IMG/VR virus record: IMGVR_UViG_3300020044_003817 | Location: 1-25,178 of that record | Reading direction: 5' to 3' (one strand) | DNA: 25,178 bases | Source of the DNA: a virus | Lineage: Duplodnaviria > Caudoviricetes | Shown here: in pieces, positions 1-8,365 of the stretch | How the letters are laid out: each line of letters starts with the position of its first letter | Position numbering within the stretch: the stretch's first letter is position 1 | Made by a program: the position numbers and the translations under genes | Notes under the pieces: generated by a model | The model's input: only the letters and a program-made list of their open reading frames with translations | The model's database searches: none | What the model was told of the DNA's origin: nothing

Positions 1-2
1 TG

Positions 3-1256
3 ATGTTGAACGGTAACTCGTTCACTCGTATCGTGCGCGACGATCAGGGTATCGCTGCACTTGTGGTGTTGAATCCGCAGAAGGTTGAGTGTCGTCGTGA
101 CCCTGTGAGTCGTCGTCCTGTGTATGTGTTTGAAAGTCGTGATGTTATTCAAGCGTCGGACATGATTCATATCACCGAGTTGCGTTTGCCTGGTGAGATG
201 CGTGGTATTTCACGCATTGACTTCATGAAAGAAAATCTTGGGTTGGCTAAAGCGTTGGAGGAGTTCGCTGCACGGTTCTTCGGTCAAGGTTCGTCAGCTT
301 CGGGCATTATCGAGTTCCCTGGCAATTTGACTCGTGAGCAGGCTAAGGATTTGGTGTCAGGGTTTGAGGAAGGTCATAAGGGTTTGCGCAGGTCGCATCG
401 TCCTGGTGTGTTGTTCGGTGGGGCGAAGTTCACGAAGACAACCGTTGATAATGATTCTGCACAGTTCTTGGAGTCACGTCGTTTCGCTGTGGAGGAGATT
501 GCTCGTATTTTCCGTGTGCCTCCATCGATGCTTGGTGTGACTACGCCTGGTGCGATGTCGTATGCGTCGGTGGAACAGAACGGCATCCAATATGTGACCC
601 ACACGTTGAGGCCTTACATCGAGAAAATTGAGGAAGGGTATTCTCGTTTGCTTGAGGGTCGTGCGTTCATGAAGTTCAATGTGGATGGTTTGTTGCGCGG
701 TGACCAAGCGTCACGTTACGCATCATTTTCCACAGGTCTACAGTCGGGCTTTTTGTCTATCAATGACATTCATCGTTTGGAAGACATGGCTCCTGTTGAT
801 GGTGGCGACTCGTACCGTGTGCCGTTGGCGAACGTGGACATCAATGCTGCGAACTTGGCTGAGATGCAGTCGAAGGCTGAGATTGCCCAACGTCTGATTT
901 TGGCTGGGTTTGATCCGGCTGAGGTGTTGGCTACTGTCGGGTTGCCCGCGATTGGTCATACTGGGTTGCCTTCAAGCCAGTTGCAACAAATTTCTACAGT
1001 AAACCCTGATGACCCTTCGTCAGCGTATGAGGTGAAGTCTTTACCAACGGTTTCTGAGCATTCAGTTGGTGGTACACAAATAAACATTCCTGCACCTGTG
1101 GTTCATGTTGAAGCACCTGTGGTGAATGTCCCTGCACCTATTGTGCGTGTCGCTGCACCTATCGTAAATATCCCTGAACAACGAACCACGACCCGTAGCG
1201 TTGAACGTGACGCTGATGGTCGGATTGTGACGATTACGGAAACGGTTGACAAATAA
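3..1256 (+). CDS. HK97-family portal protein, 5'-truncated by window edge, with C-terminal extension
   Basis: Portal motifs LNGNSF, GISRID, ARFFGQG..ASGII, DSAQFLESRRFAVEEIARIFRVPP, SYASVEQ, GFLSINDIHRLEDM. The ORF runs from the window edge, so the true start is upstream. Confidence 0.93.
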   Translation: MLNGNSFTRIVRDDQGIAALVVLNPQKVECRRDPVSRRPVYVFESRDVIQASDMIHITELRLPGEMRGISRIDFMKENLGLAKALEEFAARFFGQGSSASGIIEFPGNLTREQAKDLVSGFEEGHKGLRRSHRPGVLFGGAKFTKTTVDNDSAQFLESRRFAVEEIARIFRVPPSMLGVTTPGAMSYASVEQNGIQYVTHTLRPYIEKIEEGYSRLLEGRAFMKFNVDGLLRGDQASRYASFSTGLQSGFLSINDIHRLEDMAPVDGGDSYRVPLANVDINAANLAEMQSKAEIAQRLILAGFDPAEVLATVGLPAIGHTGLPSSQLQQISTVNPDDPSSAYEVKSLPTVSEHSVGGTQINIPAPVVHVEAPVVNVPAPIVRVAAPIVNIPEQRTTTRSVERDADGRIVTITETVDK

Positions 1257-1615
1257 TGGCTGCTGGTGTTTCTGCGTACCAAGCGAACAGTTGGTTGGAT
1301 TCTTTATCAACTAATTTTGTGAAACTTCATGTTGGTAACCCTGGTGCTTCAGGTACCGCTAACCCTGCTGTTGAAACGACCCGTAAGTCGGTGTCGTTTG
1401 CTGGTGCTTCTGGTGGTGCTTGTGTTTCATCTACGTTGGTTTCTTGGACGAACATTGCTGGTTCTGAGACAGCAACTTTTTTTAGTGTTTGGGATGATGT
1501 GTCTGGGGGGAACTTTTTGTTTTCTGGTTCTATTACCGCGCTGGCTTATACAGCTGGTGACACGTTGAACATTGGTGCTGGTGCGATGACGGTTTCGTTG
1601 ACGGTGGCCTCATAA
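1256..1615 (+). CDS. Virion structural protein, fibre-associated-like
   Basis: TAATG coupling to portal. The pattern VKLHVGNPG..GTAN...RKSV.F...FFSVWD..SGGNFLFSG...AGDTL.I.AG resembles small beta-rich phage fibre-module proteins. Confidence 0.55.
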   Translation: MAAGVSAYQANSWLDSLSTNFVKLHVGNPGASGTANPAVETTRKSVSFAGASGGACVSSTLVSWTNIAGSETATFFSVWDDVSGGNFLFSGSITALAYTAGDTLNIGAGAMTVSLTVAS

Positions 1616-1618
1616 ATT

Positions 1619-2599
1619 ATGGCAACTAACTATCCAGCCTCGATAGACAATTTTGTTAACCCTGCTGGCACAGCAACGCTTGCGTCACCAGACCATGCCG
1701 GTCAGCACACCGACATCAATGATGCTGTTGAAGCGATTGAAACTGAGTTGGGTACTTTGCCGAAAGGTTCTAAAGCGAGCGTCAAAGTACGGTTGGATGA
1801 TGTTGATACGGCTATTACAGCTCGTGCGGTTCTCGATTCAGCGAACACGTTTACCACTTCACCTCAAACTATAAACGGGGCTACATCAGCCATCGGACTT
1901 ATTCTCAAGGCAAATGCGACAACGCCAGGTAACCTTTTGCAATTTCTTGATAGTTCAAACAATATTTTATCTAGGGTTGATGCTTTTGGAAGAGTTGGAA
2001 TTAGAATAAGCATTCTTACAAATACTCTTTTGTCTGTTGGTGCAGCAACAGCTACTGACATTCCGATTGTTTCACGAGGGTTTACTTCACAAACTGCTGA
2101 CCTTCAACAATGGCAAAACAGTTCTGGAACGGTGTTGACAAACATCACTTCGGCAGGTGGTATTGAAACAAACGGTGGGATGCGTTTCTATACTTCGGCT
2201 GCTCGTAGTGGGTTTTCAACGATTACAAACACTTCAGGAAACTTGTCTTTTAACTATCTTCTTACTCTTACTGGTGGTTTTACATCCACAAGATATGTGC
2301 AGATAGACCAATCAAATGCTGGTGAATTAGCACTCAGAGTTAAGGGTGCAGCCAGTCAAACTGCTGACCTTCAACAATGGCAAAACTCTGCCGCAACCGT
2401 ACTCATGCGATTTACCGCAGGTGGAAACCTTGGAATCAACTTGAACAATTTCGGAACCGGTGTTGGTGTGGTTGCTATTGCTAACGCTGGAACCGTCCCA
2501 AGCACCAACCCAACCGGAGGTGGCGTTCTCTATGTTGAGGCTGGCGCACTCAAATATCGTGGTTCTTCAGGTACGATAACTACCATCGCAAACGCATAA
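1619..2599 (+). CDS. Fibre/adhesin-like virion protein with internal repeat
   Basis: [12 protein letters not shown]...[17 protein letters not shown]-terminus, Gly/Thr/Ala-rich body, two [12 protein letters not shown] repeats, C-terminal [20 protein letters not shown]. Confidence 0.6.
   Translation: MATNYPASIDNFVNPAGTATLASPDHAGQHTDINDAVEAIETELGTLPKGSKASVKVRLDDVDTAITARAVLDSANTFTTSPQTINGATSAIGLILKANATTPGNLLQFLDSSNNILSRVDAFGRVGIRISILTNTLLSVGAATATDIPIVSRGFTSQTADLQQWQNSSGTVLTNITSAGGIETNGGMRFYTSAARSGFSTITNTSGNLSFNYLLTLTGGFTSTRYVQIDQSNAGELALRVKGAASQTADLQQWQNSAATVLMRFTAGGNLGINLNNFGTGVGVVAIANAGTVPSTNPTGGGVLYVEAGALKYRGSSGTITTIANA
2090..2386 (+). repeat. Perfect 30-nt direct repeat (2090-2119 and 2357-2386)
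   Basis: caaactgctgaccttcaacaatggcaaaac occurs twice, 267 nt (89 codons) apart, in frame. Confidence 0.95.
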
Positions 2600-2615
2600 C
2601 CCAAAGGAGTTAACA

Positions 2616-2837
2616 ATGGCAATCGACTACACCTCACTACTGACCGTAGAACAAAAACAGAACATCCTCAACCAACGAATCGCACAGTTCGCTGCCGAAG
2701 CATGGCAACACGAACTGAATAAGAAAACCTGTGAACAGTTGAACGACGAGGCAGGCGTAGAGTCAGCTGATAACGCACTCATCACCCTTGAAGCTGCGAT
2801 TGATATTCATCAGGCCGAACTTGCTTCGCTAACATAA
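2616..2837 (+). CDS. Small helical hypothetical protein (possible fibre chaperone)
   Basis: AAGGAG RBS upstream, 73 aa, coiled-coil character, directly after the fibre-like gene. Confidence 0.6.
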   Translation: MAIDYTSLLTVEQKQNILNQRIAQFAAEAWQHELNKKTCEQLNDEAGVESADNALITLEAAIDIHQAELASLT

Positions 2838-2847
2838 TTGGTTTCTG

Positions 2848-3165
2848 ATGGCAACCTATAACGATCCGAACGTCCAATATTCGGCATCGAATACCACCTA
2901 CAACGGTGTCACCACCGTTACGGCTACGGCTGAGGCGGGTTTGGGTGGGTTGGTTGCGTCAGCTGTTGTTTCTAAACCTTCGTTTCCTGGTGGTGGTAAT
3001 CCTTGGGTTCGTAAGTACAAGGTTGACCAGGTTGAGAAGGTTCGTGAGGTTGTTGTTGTGTCGGCGGTTGGGGTGGCGCGGTTGGGTGGGGTTCGTGCTT
3101 TCGCTGATACTGAGGTTGTTTGGTCTATCCTTGAGGATGAGGCAGAACTACTGCTTTTGATTTAA
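2848..3165 (+). CDS. Hypothetical virion-associated protein
   Basis: ATG start, fills the operon gap, acidic-hydrophobic C-terminus ILEDEAELLLLI. Confidence 0.55.
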   Translation: MATYNDPNVQYSASNTTYNGVTTVTATAEAGLGGLVASAVVSKPSFPGGGNPWVRKYKVDQVEKVREVVVVSAVGVARLGGVRAFADTEVVWSILEDEAELLLLI

Positions 3166-3172
3166 GGACGTT

Positions 3173-3451
3173 ATGGCGTTTTATTCTGGGCAAACTTCTA
3201 TTGGTACGACTGCGACTGTTATTGACGGCGTGTTGATTGGTGCTTATGCAGGCAACCCGTATCGTCTGATTATTCACAACAACGACAACACGGACGCTGT
3301 TTATGTTGGTGGTTCTGCTGTGACAATTTCAACTGGTTTGATGTTGGATAAAGGTGTGATGTTGCAGTTGACGGTTTCACCAACAGATTTGCTTTACGCT
3401 GTTTCAAGTAAATCTGGTCATATTATTTCTTGGTTGACGGAGCCTGTCTGA
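3173..3451 (+). CDS. Small beta-rich hypothetical protein
   Basis: AAGGA RBS, pattern IHNNDN..AVYVGGS.VT..TG..L...LYAVS, TGATG coupling to the next gene. Confidence 0.6.
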   Translation: MAFYSGQTSIGTTATVIDGVLIGAYAGNPYRLIIHNNDNTDAVYVGGSAVTISTGLMLDKGVMLQLTVSPTDLLYAVSSKSGHIISWLTEPV

Positions 3452-4989
3452 TGCCTTACTTTATTTCTGATAAGAACGCTGAGTGCGCTGGTTGGGCTGT
3501 AGAAAAGGATGATGGCGAAGTGATTGGCTGCCATCAAACGAAGCAGGATGCGATTGACCAGATGGTCGCTGTGTCGATTGCTGAGGAGATGGAACCTGGT
3601 GGTGAGCGGGCTTTGCCAGAGAATTATCGTCCGGCGTTGGCTGAGGATGTGCCTGAAGGACGTGCGTGTGGGAACTGTGTGTTCTATGACGAGTCACGTC
3701 AGAACGCTGAGGGGACTAAAGCGTGGTGCGATAAGTGGGATGACTTCGTTGACGGTGGGTTCTATTGCAACGCTTGGCAACCTGAAGCTGAGGTTGAAGA
3801 AGAGGACGAGGATGAGGATGAGGTTGAGGGTGATGATGTTGATGAGATGGGTGACGATGTTCGGGTTGTGGATTTGGGTTTGCCTGAGTACATCAAATCC
3901 GCTGCTCGTAAAGGTTTAACTTATTACGGTCAGAAGTTGGCTGGTGCTGGGATTGTTGCTTCAACTGTTCGTGAGGCTCGTGATATGGCTAGGGGTGAAA
4001 TTACTGAGGATAAGGTGATTCGTGCTAACGCTTGGGCTGCACGTCACATGGTTGATTTGGATGCACCTAAGAACTCGAACCCTGATGATAAAGAGTTTCC
4101 TGGTGCTGGTGCTGTGGCGTTCTATCTGTGGGGTATTGACCCGTTGAATCCTGAACCTGCGATGAATTGGTTCGCTGAAAAGGTTGAACAAATCAGAGAC
4201 GAAGAAGACGATGATGATGAGTCATCGGATCGGGTGTTCTCATTCAATCGCACTAGTGAACCTGAGTTTGGTAATGTTTCAGGTATGGCTGAACAGGTTG
4301 AAACACGGCGCATCACATTCAATGACTTTGAACTTCGTGCAGCCCCAGAAGGAAACGGCATGACCTTTAGTGGTTATGCAGCAGTATTTAACTCTGACTC
4401 TGAACCGTTGCCGTTCATTGAACGTATTATGCCTGGGGCGTTCGCTAAGTCGTTGAAGTCACGGAACAATATCCGTATGTACATGAACCATGATTCGTCA
4501 ATGTTGTTGGCTACGACTAGGGCTAAGACTTTGCGTTTGGTTGAGGATTCTAAGGGTTTGCTGGTTGAGGCTGATTTGCCTGATACAACGGTTGGTCGTG
4601 ACCTGTCGGTGTTGATGCAACGCAAAGACGTTGATTCGATGTCGTTTGGTTTCACGGTGCCTTCTGGTGGTGACCGTTGGTCTGATGACGGTATGACCCG
4701 TGAGTTGCGTCAAATCAAACTGTATGAGGTTTCTGTGGTGACAGGGTTCCCAGCGTATGCTGCGACCTCTGCTTCGGTTCGTTCATTTGATGCGCTTGCC
4801 ACTCGTACCGGTGTTGATGCCGATCAGCTTGCTGTTGCGATAACGACGTTGGAAGCAGGTCAGACTCTTGACCCGAGTCATGCTGCGTTGTTGCGTGAAA
4901 CTGTTGCGAAACTTGAGCCACAACCTGAGTCTGCTCCTGCGAGCGTTGGTGTGTTGGCTAAGCATCTTGAATTGTTGAAGAACTTCTAG
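3451..4989 (+). CDS. HK97-family prohead protease with ~280-aa multi-domain N-terminal extension
   Basis: C-terminal protease motifs FSGYAAVFNS, ERIMPGAF, MNHD, EDSKGL, MSFGF, LYEVSVVTGFPAY. Start placed at ATG 3451 (TGATG overlap), not 3430. Confidence 0.9.
   Translation: MPYFISDKNAECAGWAVEKDDGEVIGCHQTKQDAIDQMVAVSIAEEMEPGGERALPENYRPALAEDVPEGRACGNCVFYDESRQNAEGTKAWCDKWDDFVDGGFYCNAWQPEAEVEEEDEDEDEVEGDDVDEMGDDVRVVDLGLPEYIKSAARKGLTYYGQKLAGAGIVASTVREARDMARGEITEDKVIRANAWAARHMVDLDAPKNSNPDDKEFPGAGAVAFYLWGIDPLNPEPAMNWFAEKVEQIRDEEDDDDESSDRVFSFNRTSEPEFGNVSGMAEQVETRRITFNDFELRAAPEGNGMTFSGYAAVFNSDSEPLPFIERIMPGAFAKSLKSRNNIRMYMNHDSSMLLATTRAKTLRLVEDSKGLLVEADLPDTTVGRDLSVLMQRKDVDSMSFGFTVPSGGDRWSDDGMTRELRQIKLYEVSVVTGFPAYAATSASVRSFDALATRTGVDADQLAVAITTLEAGQTLDPSHAALLRETVAKLEPQPESAPASVGVLAKHLELLKNF
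4269..4287 (+). promoter_or_regulatory. Putative internal extended -10 promoter with leaderless in-frame ATG (4285) for the protease domain
   Basis: TGgTAATGT (4269-4277), 7 nt, then ATG beginning MAEQVETRR at the protease domain boundary. Confidence 0.5.
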
Positions 4990-5122
4990 TAACCTTTTCG
5001 TTACTGCGTCCAACGCGAGGAGCCTCCTTGGATGTTGCTGTGTACGGAGCCGTACCAGGTTTAAGTTAATTTCCTGCGTATCCAAACATCAACATCATCC
5101 CTACGGGGAAAAGGAAAACATC
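4988..5122 (+). promoter_or_regulatory. Structured 5' leader of the major capsid gene
   Basis: Hairpins AGTAAC/GTTACT, two G-GAGC-C-capped stems, TCCC-TACG-GGGA, a CCTGCG motif, then the AAAGGA SD. Confidence 0.6.
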
Positions 5123-6301
5123 ATGAAAGAATATATTGACCGTCAGGTTGAGATTCGTAATCGTGCATGGAACGAAGCCAAGGCAATCTTGGATAAGGCC
5201 ACCGCAGAGAAGCGTGACCTCTCAGCAGAAGAAACCCAAACCTACGAGCGCATCTCGAAGGAATTGGATGAGCGTGGACAGACCATCGCAAAACTTCGTG
5301 AAGACGAAGCTCGTGAACTGCGCATGGACTCAGCAACCCGTGAAATCGCAGACCAGGTTCGTCCTGTTGCCGGTGCACCAGTAAACGATGACATCACAAG
5401 TCTTCGTTCATTGTTCACAGGTGAGAAGCGCAGCCATTCATTTGAGAAGCGTGACATCTTGAAGTCAAGCACAGGTTCACCAGTTCCAACATCGTTCTAC
5501 GATCAAGTAATCATGCGCGCTCGTTTGACCGCACCAGTACTTGAGACTTCAACTGTGTTGAACACCACAGGTGGCGAAAACCTTCAAATCCCATCGTTGT
5601 CGACCTACTCGGTTGGAACGGTAACTGGCGAAGGTTCAGCAATCGGAGAATCCGATCCTGTATTCAACTCGTTCATCACCTTGTCAGCATTCAAGTTCAG
5701 CTTCATCACGCAGGTTTCAACCGAACTGCTTGAAGACTCTGGCGTTGACATGTTGTCATTCTTGGGTGACCAGGTTGGTAACGCACTCGGATTCGCAGTT
5801 GGTTCAGCATTGACTGTTGGTTCAGGTACGGACACCGCAAACGGAATCGTCACCGCATCAAGCGTTGGTGGTACCGCAGGCACCGCAACAGCATTCACCG
5901 CAGATAATCTTATAGATTTAGTCTATTCTTTAGACGGCGCTGCGAGATTGCTCCCTTCGTGCGGATTCATGATGAACGGCAAGACCATCGGTCAAGTTCG
6001 CAAGCTGAAAGACACCGCGGGGAATTACATTTTCGCCCCAAGTTTGTCAGCTGACGCACGAGACATGTTGCTCGGCAAGCCAATCTACGAAAACCCTTCA
6101 ATGGTTGACGTAGCAACTGGCACCAAGTCGGTCATCTTCGGTCACCTACCTTCGTACTTCGTACGCACGGTGGGCGGTCTTCGTTTGGATCGTTCCGATG
6201 ACTTCGCATTCAATGCTGGTCTCGTCACGTTCCGTGCGACATTCCGTGTCGACGGCGATTTGCCACAGACATCACACATCAAGCACCTCCTCCAACCATA
6301 A
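5123..6301 (+). CDS. HK97-fold major capsid protein
   Basis: N-terminal coiled-coil delta domain, then VPTSF, GEGSAIGES, VSTELLEDS, KLKDTAGNYIF, LLGKPIY, FGHL, FRATFRVDG. Strong RBS. Confidence 0.95.
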   Translation: MKEYIDRQVEIRNRAWNEAKAILDKATAEKRDLSAEETQTYERISKELDERGQTIAKLREDEARELRMDSATREIADQVRPVAGAPVNDDITSLRSLFTGEKRSHSFEKRDILKSSTGSPVPTSFYDQVIMRARLTAPVLETSTVLNTTGGENLQIPSLSTYSVGTVTGEGSAIGESDPVFNSFITLSAFKFSFITQVSTELLEDSGVDMLSFLGDQVGNALGFAVGSALTVGSGTDTANGIVTASSVGGTAGTATAFTADNLIDLVYSLDGAARLLPSCGFMMNGKTIGQVRKLKDTAGNYIFAPSLSADARDMLLGKPIYENPSMVDVATGTKSVIFGHLPSYFVRTVGGLRLDRSDDFAFNAGLVTFRATFRVDGDLPQTSHIKHLLQP

Positions 6302-6344
6302 TTGGTTTGAGGTAGTGCAACCGATAGCAATATCGGTGTAAGTT

Positions 6345-6390
6345 TGAGGGTAGGCCAAACACGCAGGGTGGCCTACCCTCATTTCTTTTT
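6345..6390 (+). terminator. Intrinsic terminator-like hairpin after the capsid gene, possibly conditional
   Basis: Perfect 13-bp stem TGAGGGTAGGCCA/TGGCCTACCCTCA with 11-nt loop, followed by TTTCTTTTT. Preceded by the GNRA hairpin ACCGATA-GCAA-TATCGGT (6320-6337). Confidence 0.7.
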
Positions 6391-6416
6391 ATACCCTGCG
6401 ACCTGCGAAGGAGAGA

Positions 6417-7730
6417 ATGGTGGGAAATGCTCGTAATAATCAAAAACACTCCGGTCGAGTTACCAGACCTGGAGGCAGAGATATTGCTCCGGTGGGGAGC
6501 AGCGCACTTGCCAGAGCAAGCAGACCTTCCTCTGCCGAATCGTTACGAATCCTCTGGTACTCGAACGCCCCGTTCGCCCCAACAGGGTATGGCACCCAAA
6601 CAGCGCAAGTCGTCCAAAGGCTCATCAAACAAAAACACGAAGTAGCCATCCATGCGATGTACGGCATTGAGGGTATGGCTTCGATGTGGAATGGGATAAA
6701 ACTTTATCCAAGAGGTATGTCACCTTATTCCGATGATGTGCTGGTTGCGCATTGGATGGATTGGGCTAATGGGAATCGTGAGATTCCTGCGTTGTTGATG
6801 ACGTTGTTTGATGTGTGGGTGTTGAAGTCACCGTCGTTGGATCAGGTTCCGAATATTGCGTCGTGGGTTCCGATTGACCATGCGCCTTGTCCGCCTGCTG
6901 TGGTTGAGTGGTGTAAGCGTCCTAATGTGAAACCGATTGCGATGTCTAAGTTTGGTTTGGATATGTTGCAGAATTCTGGGGTGGATGCGTTGTATGCGCC
7001 TCATGCGTTTGAGGATGTTTTTGTTCCTACACATAAGTTGAATAACAGTCGTGGTGAGTTCACCGGTAGGGAGTTGATGGAGGTGGATGAGGACAGGTTT
7101 GTGGTGATGATGAATGCTGCGAACAAGGGTCAGAATCCTTCACGGAAATCTTTTGGTGAGAACATTTTGGCGTTCGCTATTTTCGCTCAAGACCGTCCTG
7201 ATGCGTTGTTGTATCTGCACACGGAACGTGACGGTGCGATGGGTGGTATTAACCTGGTTCATTTGTTGGAGGCGTGTGGTGTGCGTAAGGAGCAGTACAA
7301 GATTGTTGACCCTTATGCTTATCGGACTGGGTTCCCTCAGCAGGCGTTAGCAGCGTTGTATACGGCTTCGGATGTGTTGTTGGCTTGCTCGATGGGTGAG
7401 GGTTTCGGTATCCCTGTTATCGAGGCTCAGGCTTGCGGTACGAGGGTTATTGTGTCGGACTATACGGCTCAACCTGAGTTGGTTGGGGTTGGGTCAGCTG
7501 TGGCGATTCAGCCGTTCTGGGATAGCCACCAGAGGTCATGGTTCTGTACTCCACAGGTACCATCAATCGTGGAGGCTTTGATTGAGGCCTACGAAGCCCC
7601 TAGGGGTGTGTCTGAGGAGGCTGTGGCGTTTGCTAGCCAGTATCGCGCTGACAGCGTGTATGAGGCTTATTGGAAGCCAATCATGAAGGAGTTGTCGGAA
7701 TGGTGCCAGTCATCATCGTCCCCGTCCTAA
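6417..7730 (+). CDS. GT-B fold glycosyltransferase (GT4/group 1-like)
   Basis: RILWYSNAP...TGYGTQT N-terminal motif, RKSF, LYTASDVLL.CSMGEGFGIPVIEAQACG (EX7E). Start is ATG 6417 or GTG 6420 after AAGGAG. Confidence 0.9.
   Translation: MVGNARNNQKHSGRVTRPGGRDIAPVGSSALARASRPSSAESLRILWYSNAPFAPTGYGTQTAQVVQRLIKQKHEVAIHAMYGIEGMASMWNGIKLYPRGMSPYSDDVLVAHWMDWANGNREIPALLMTLFDVWVLKSPSLDQVPNIASWVPIDHAPCPPAVVEWCKRPNVKPIAMSKFGLDMLQNSGVDALYAPHAFEDVFVPTHKLNNSRGEFTGRELMEVDEDRFVVMMNAANKGQNPSRKSFGENILAFAIFAQDRPDALLYLHTERDGAMGGINLVHLLEACGVRKEQYKIVDPYAYRTGFPQQALAALYTASDVLLACSMGEGFGIPVIEAQACGTRVIVSDYTAQPELVGVGSAVAIQPFWDSHQRSWFCTPQVPSIVEALIEAYEAPRGVSEEAVAFASQYRADSVYEAYWKPIMKELSEWCQSSSSPS
6427..6645 (+). CDS. Small post-capsid protein overprinted on the glycosyltransferase 5' end
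   Basis: MLVII...VELPDLEAEILLRWGAA with a Lys/Ser-rich tail resembles small proteins commonly encoded right after HK97 capsid genes. Lies in the +1 frame within the GT ORF. Confidence 0.5.
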   Translation: MLVIIKNTPVELPDLEAEILLRWGAAHLPEQADLPLPNRYESSGTRTPRSPQQGMAPKQRKSSKGSSNKNTK

Positions 7731-8365
7731 ACAGGTATGACCTTTTAGAACGCTGTTTGCAGTCCATCGACTATTCGGTGGAGACATTGATTGTTATCGA
7801 TAACGGTGGTCAGTCCACTTTGCACGAATACCCTTGGGTCATAGACCGTCGCCATGTCAAGAACTATCACATCTGGTCAATGCCAACGAACCTCGGTGTC
7901 GCGCCGTCATGGAATTTAGGAATCAAAGCGACACCTCACGCTGAGGGTTGGATACTGCTGAACTCGGATGCTTACTTTGAGCCAGGGCAGTTAGAGGTTT
8001 TTTATAACGATTGCAAATCTGATTCGGTGACGTTGACTGAGGCGCAGCCTGGTTGGTGTTGTGCGTGGGTTGGGTCTGAGGTTATTGCCAAGGTTGGTTT
8101 GTTTAGCGAATGTTATGTCCCCGCATATTTTGAGGACACAGATTTTCAGGAGCGGGCGAAGCGAATCAACATTCCGTTCTGGACTTCTGACGCTGGAATT
8201 GTTCACGACAATTCTTCTACGATTCAAGCTGCACCAGAGTTGGCTGAGAAAAACAATAAGAGTTTCGCTGCGAATGCTTCGCTTCATGCGATGCGTTGGC
8301 AGTCTGGTTTGCCTGATGCTGGTCATTGGGATTTAACACGACGAAGGGATTTGGGATGGGATTAA
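7700..8365 (+). CDS. GT-A fold glycosyltransferase (GT2-like)
   Basis: IIVPVLNRYDLL.RCLQS, VIDNG, NLGVAPSWNLG, LLNSD, YFEDTDF. AAGGAG RBS supports ATG 7700. Confidence 0.9.
   Translation: MVPVIIVPVLNRYDLLERCLQSIDYSVETLIVIDNGGQSTLHEYPWVIDRRHVKNYHIWSMPTNLGVAPSWNLGIKATPHAEGWILLNSDAYFEPGQLEVFYNDCKSDSVTLTEAQPGWCCAWVGSEVIAKVGLFSECYVPAYFEDTDFQERAKRINIPFWTSDAGIVHDNSSTIQAAPELAEKNNKSFAANASLHAMRWQSGLPDAGHWDLTRRRDLGWD

Noticed and set aside
2090-2386. Diversity-generating retroelement TR/VR pair
   Set aside because: The repeats are short and identical, with no adenine-specific mismatches, and there is no reverse transcriptase in the window.
3430-3450. Longest-ORF starts given by the track (3430, 7670, 8326, 16749, 17808, 17953, 19188, 20707, 23529, 24383, 24645, 24861)
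   Set aside because: Downstream starts with SD sequences or stop-start overlaps fit better and avoid long overlaps.
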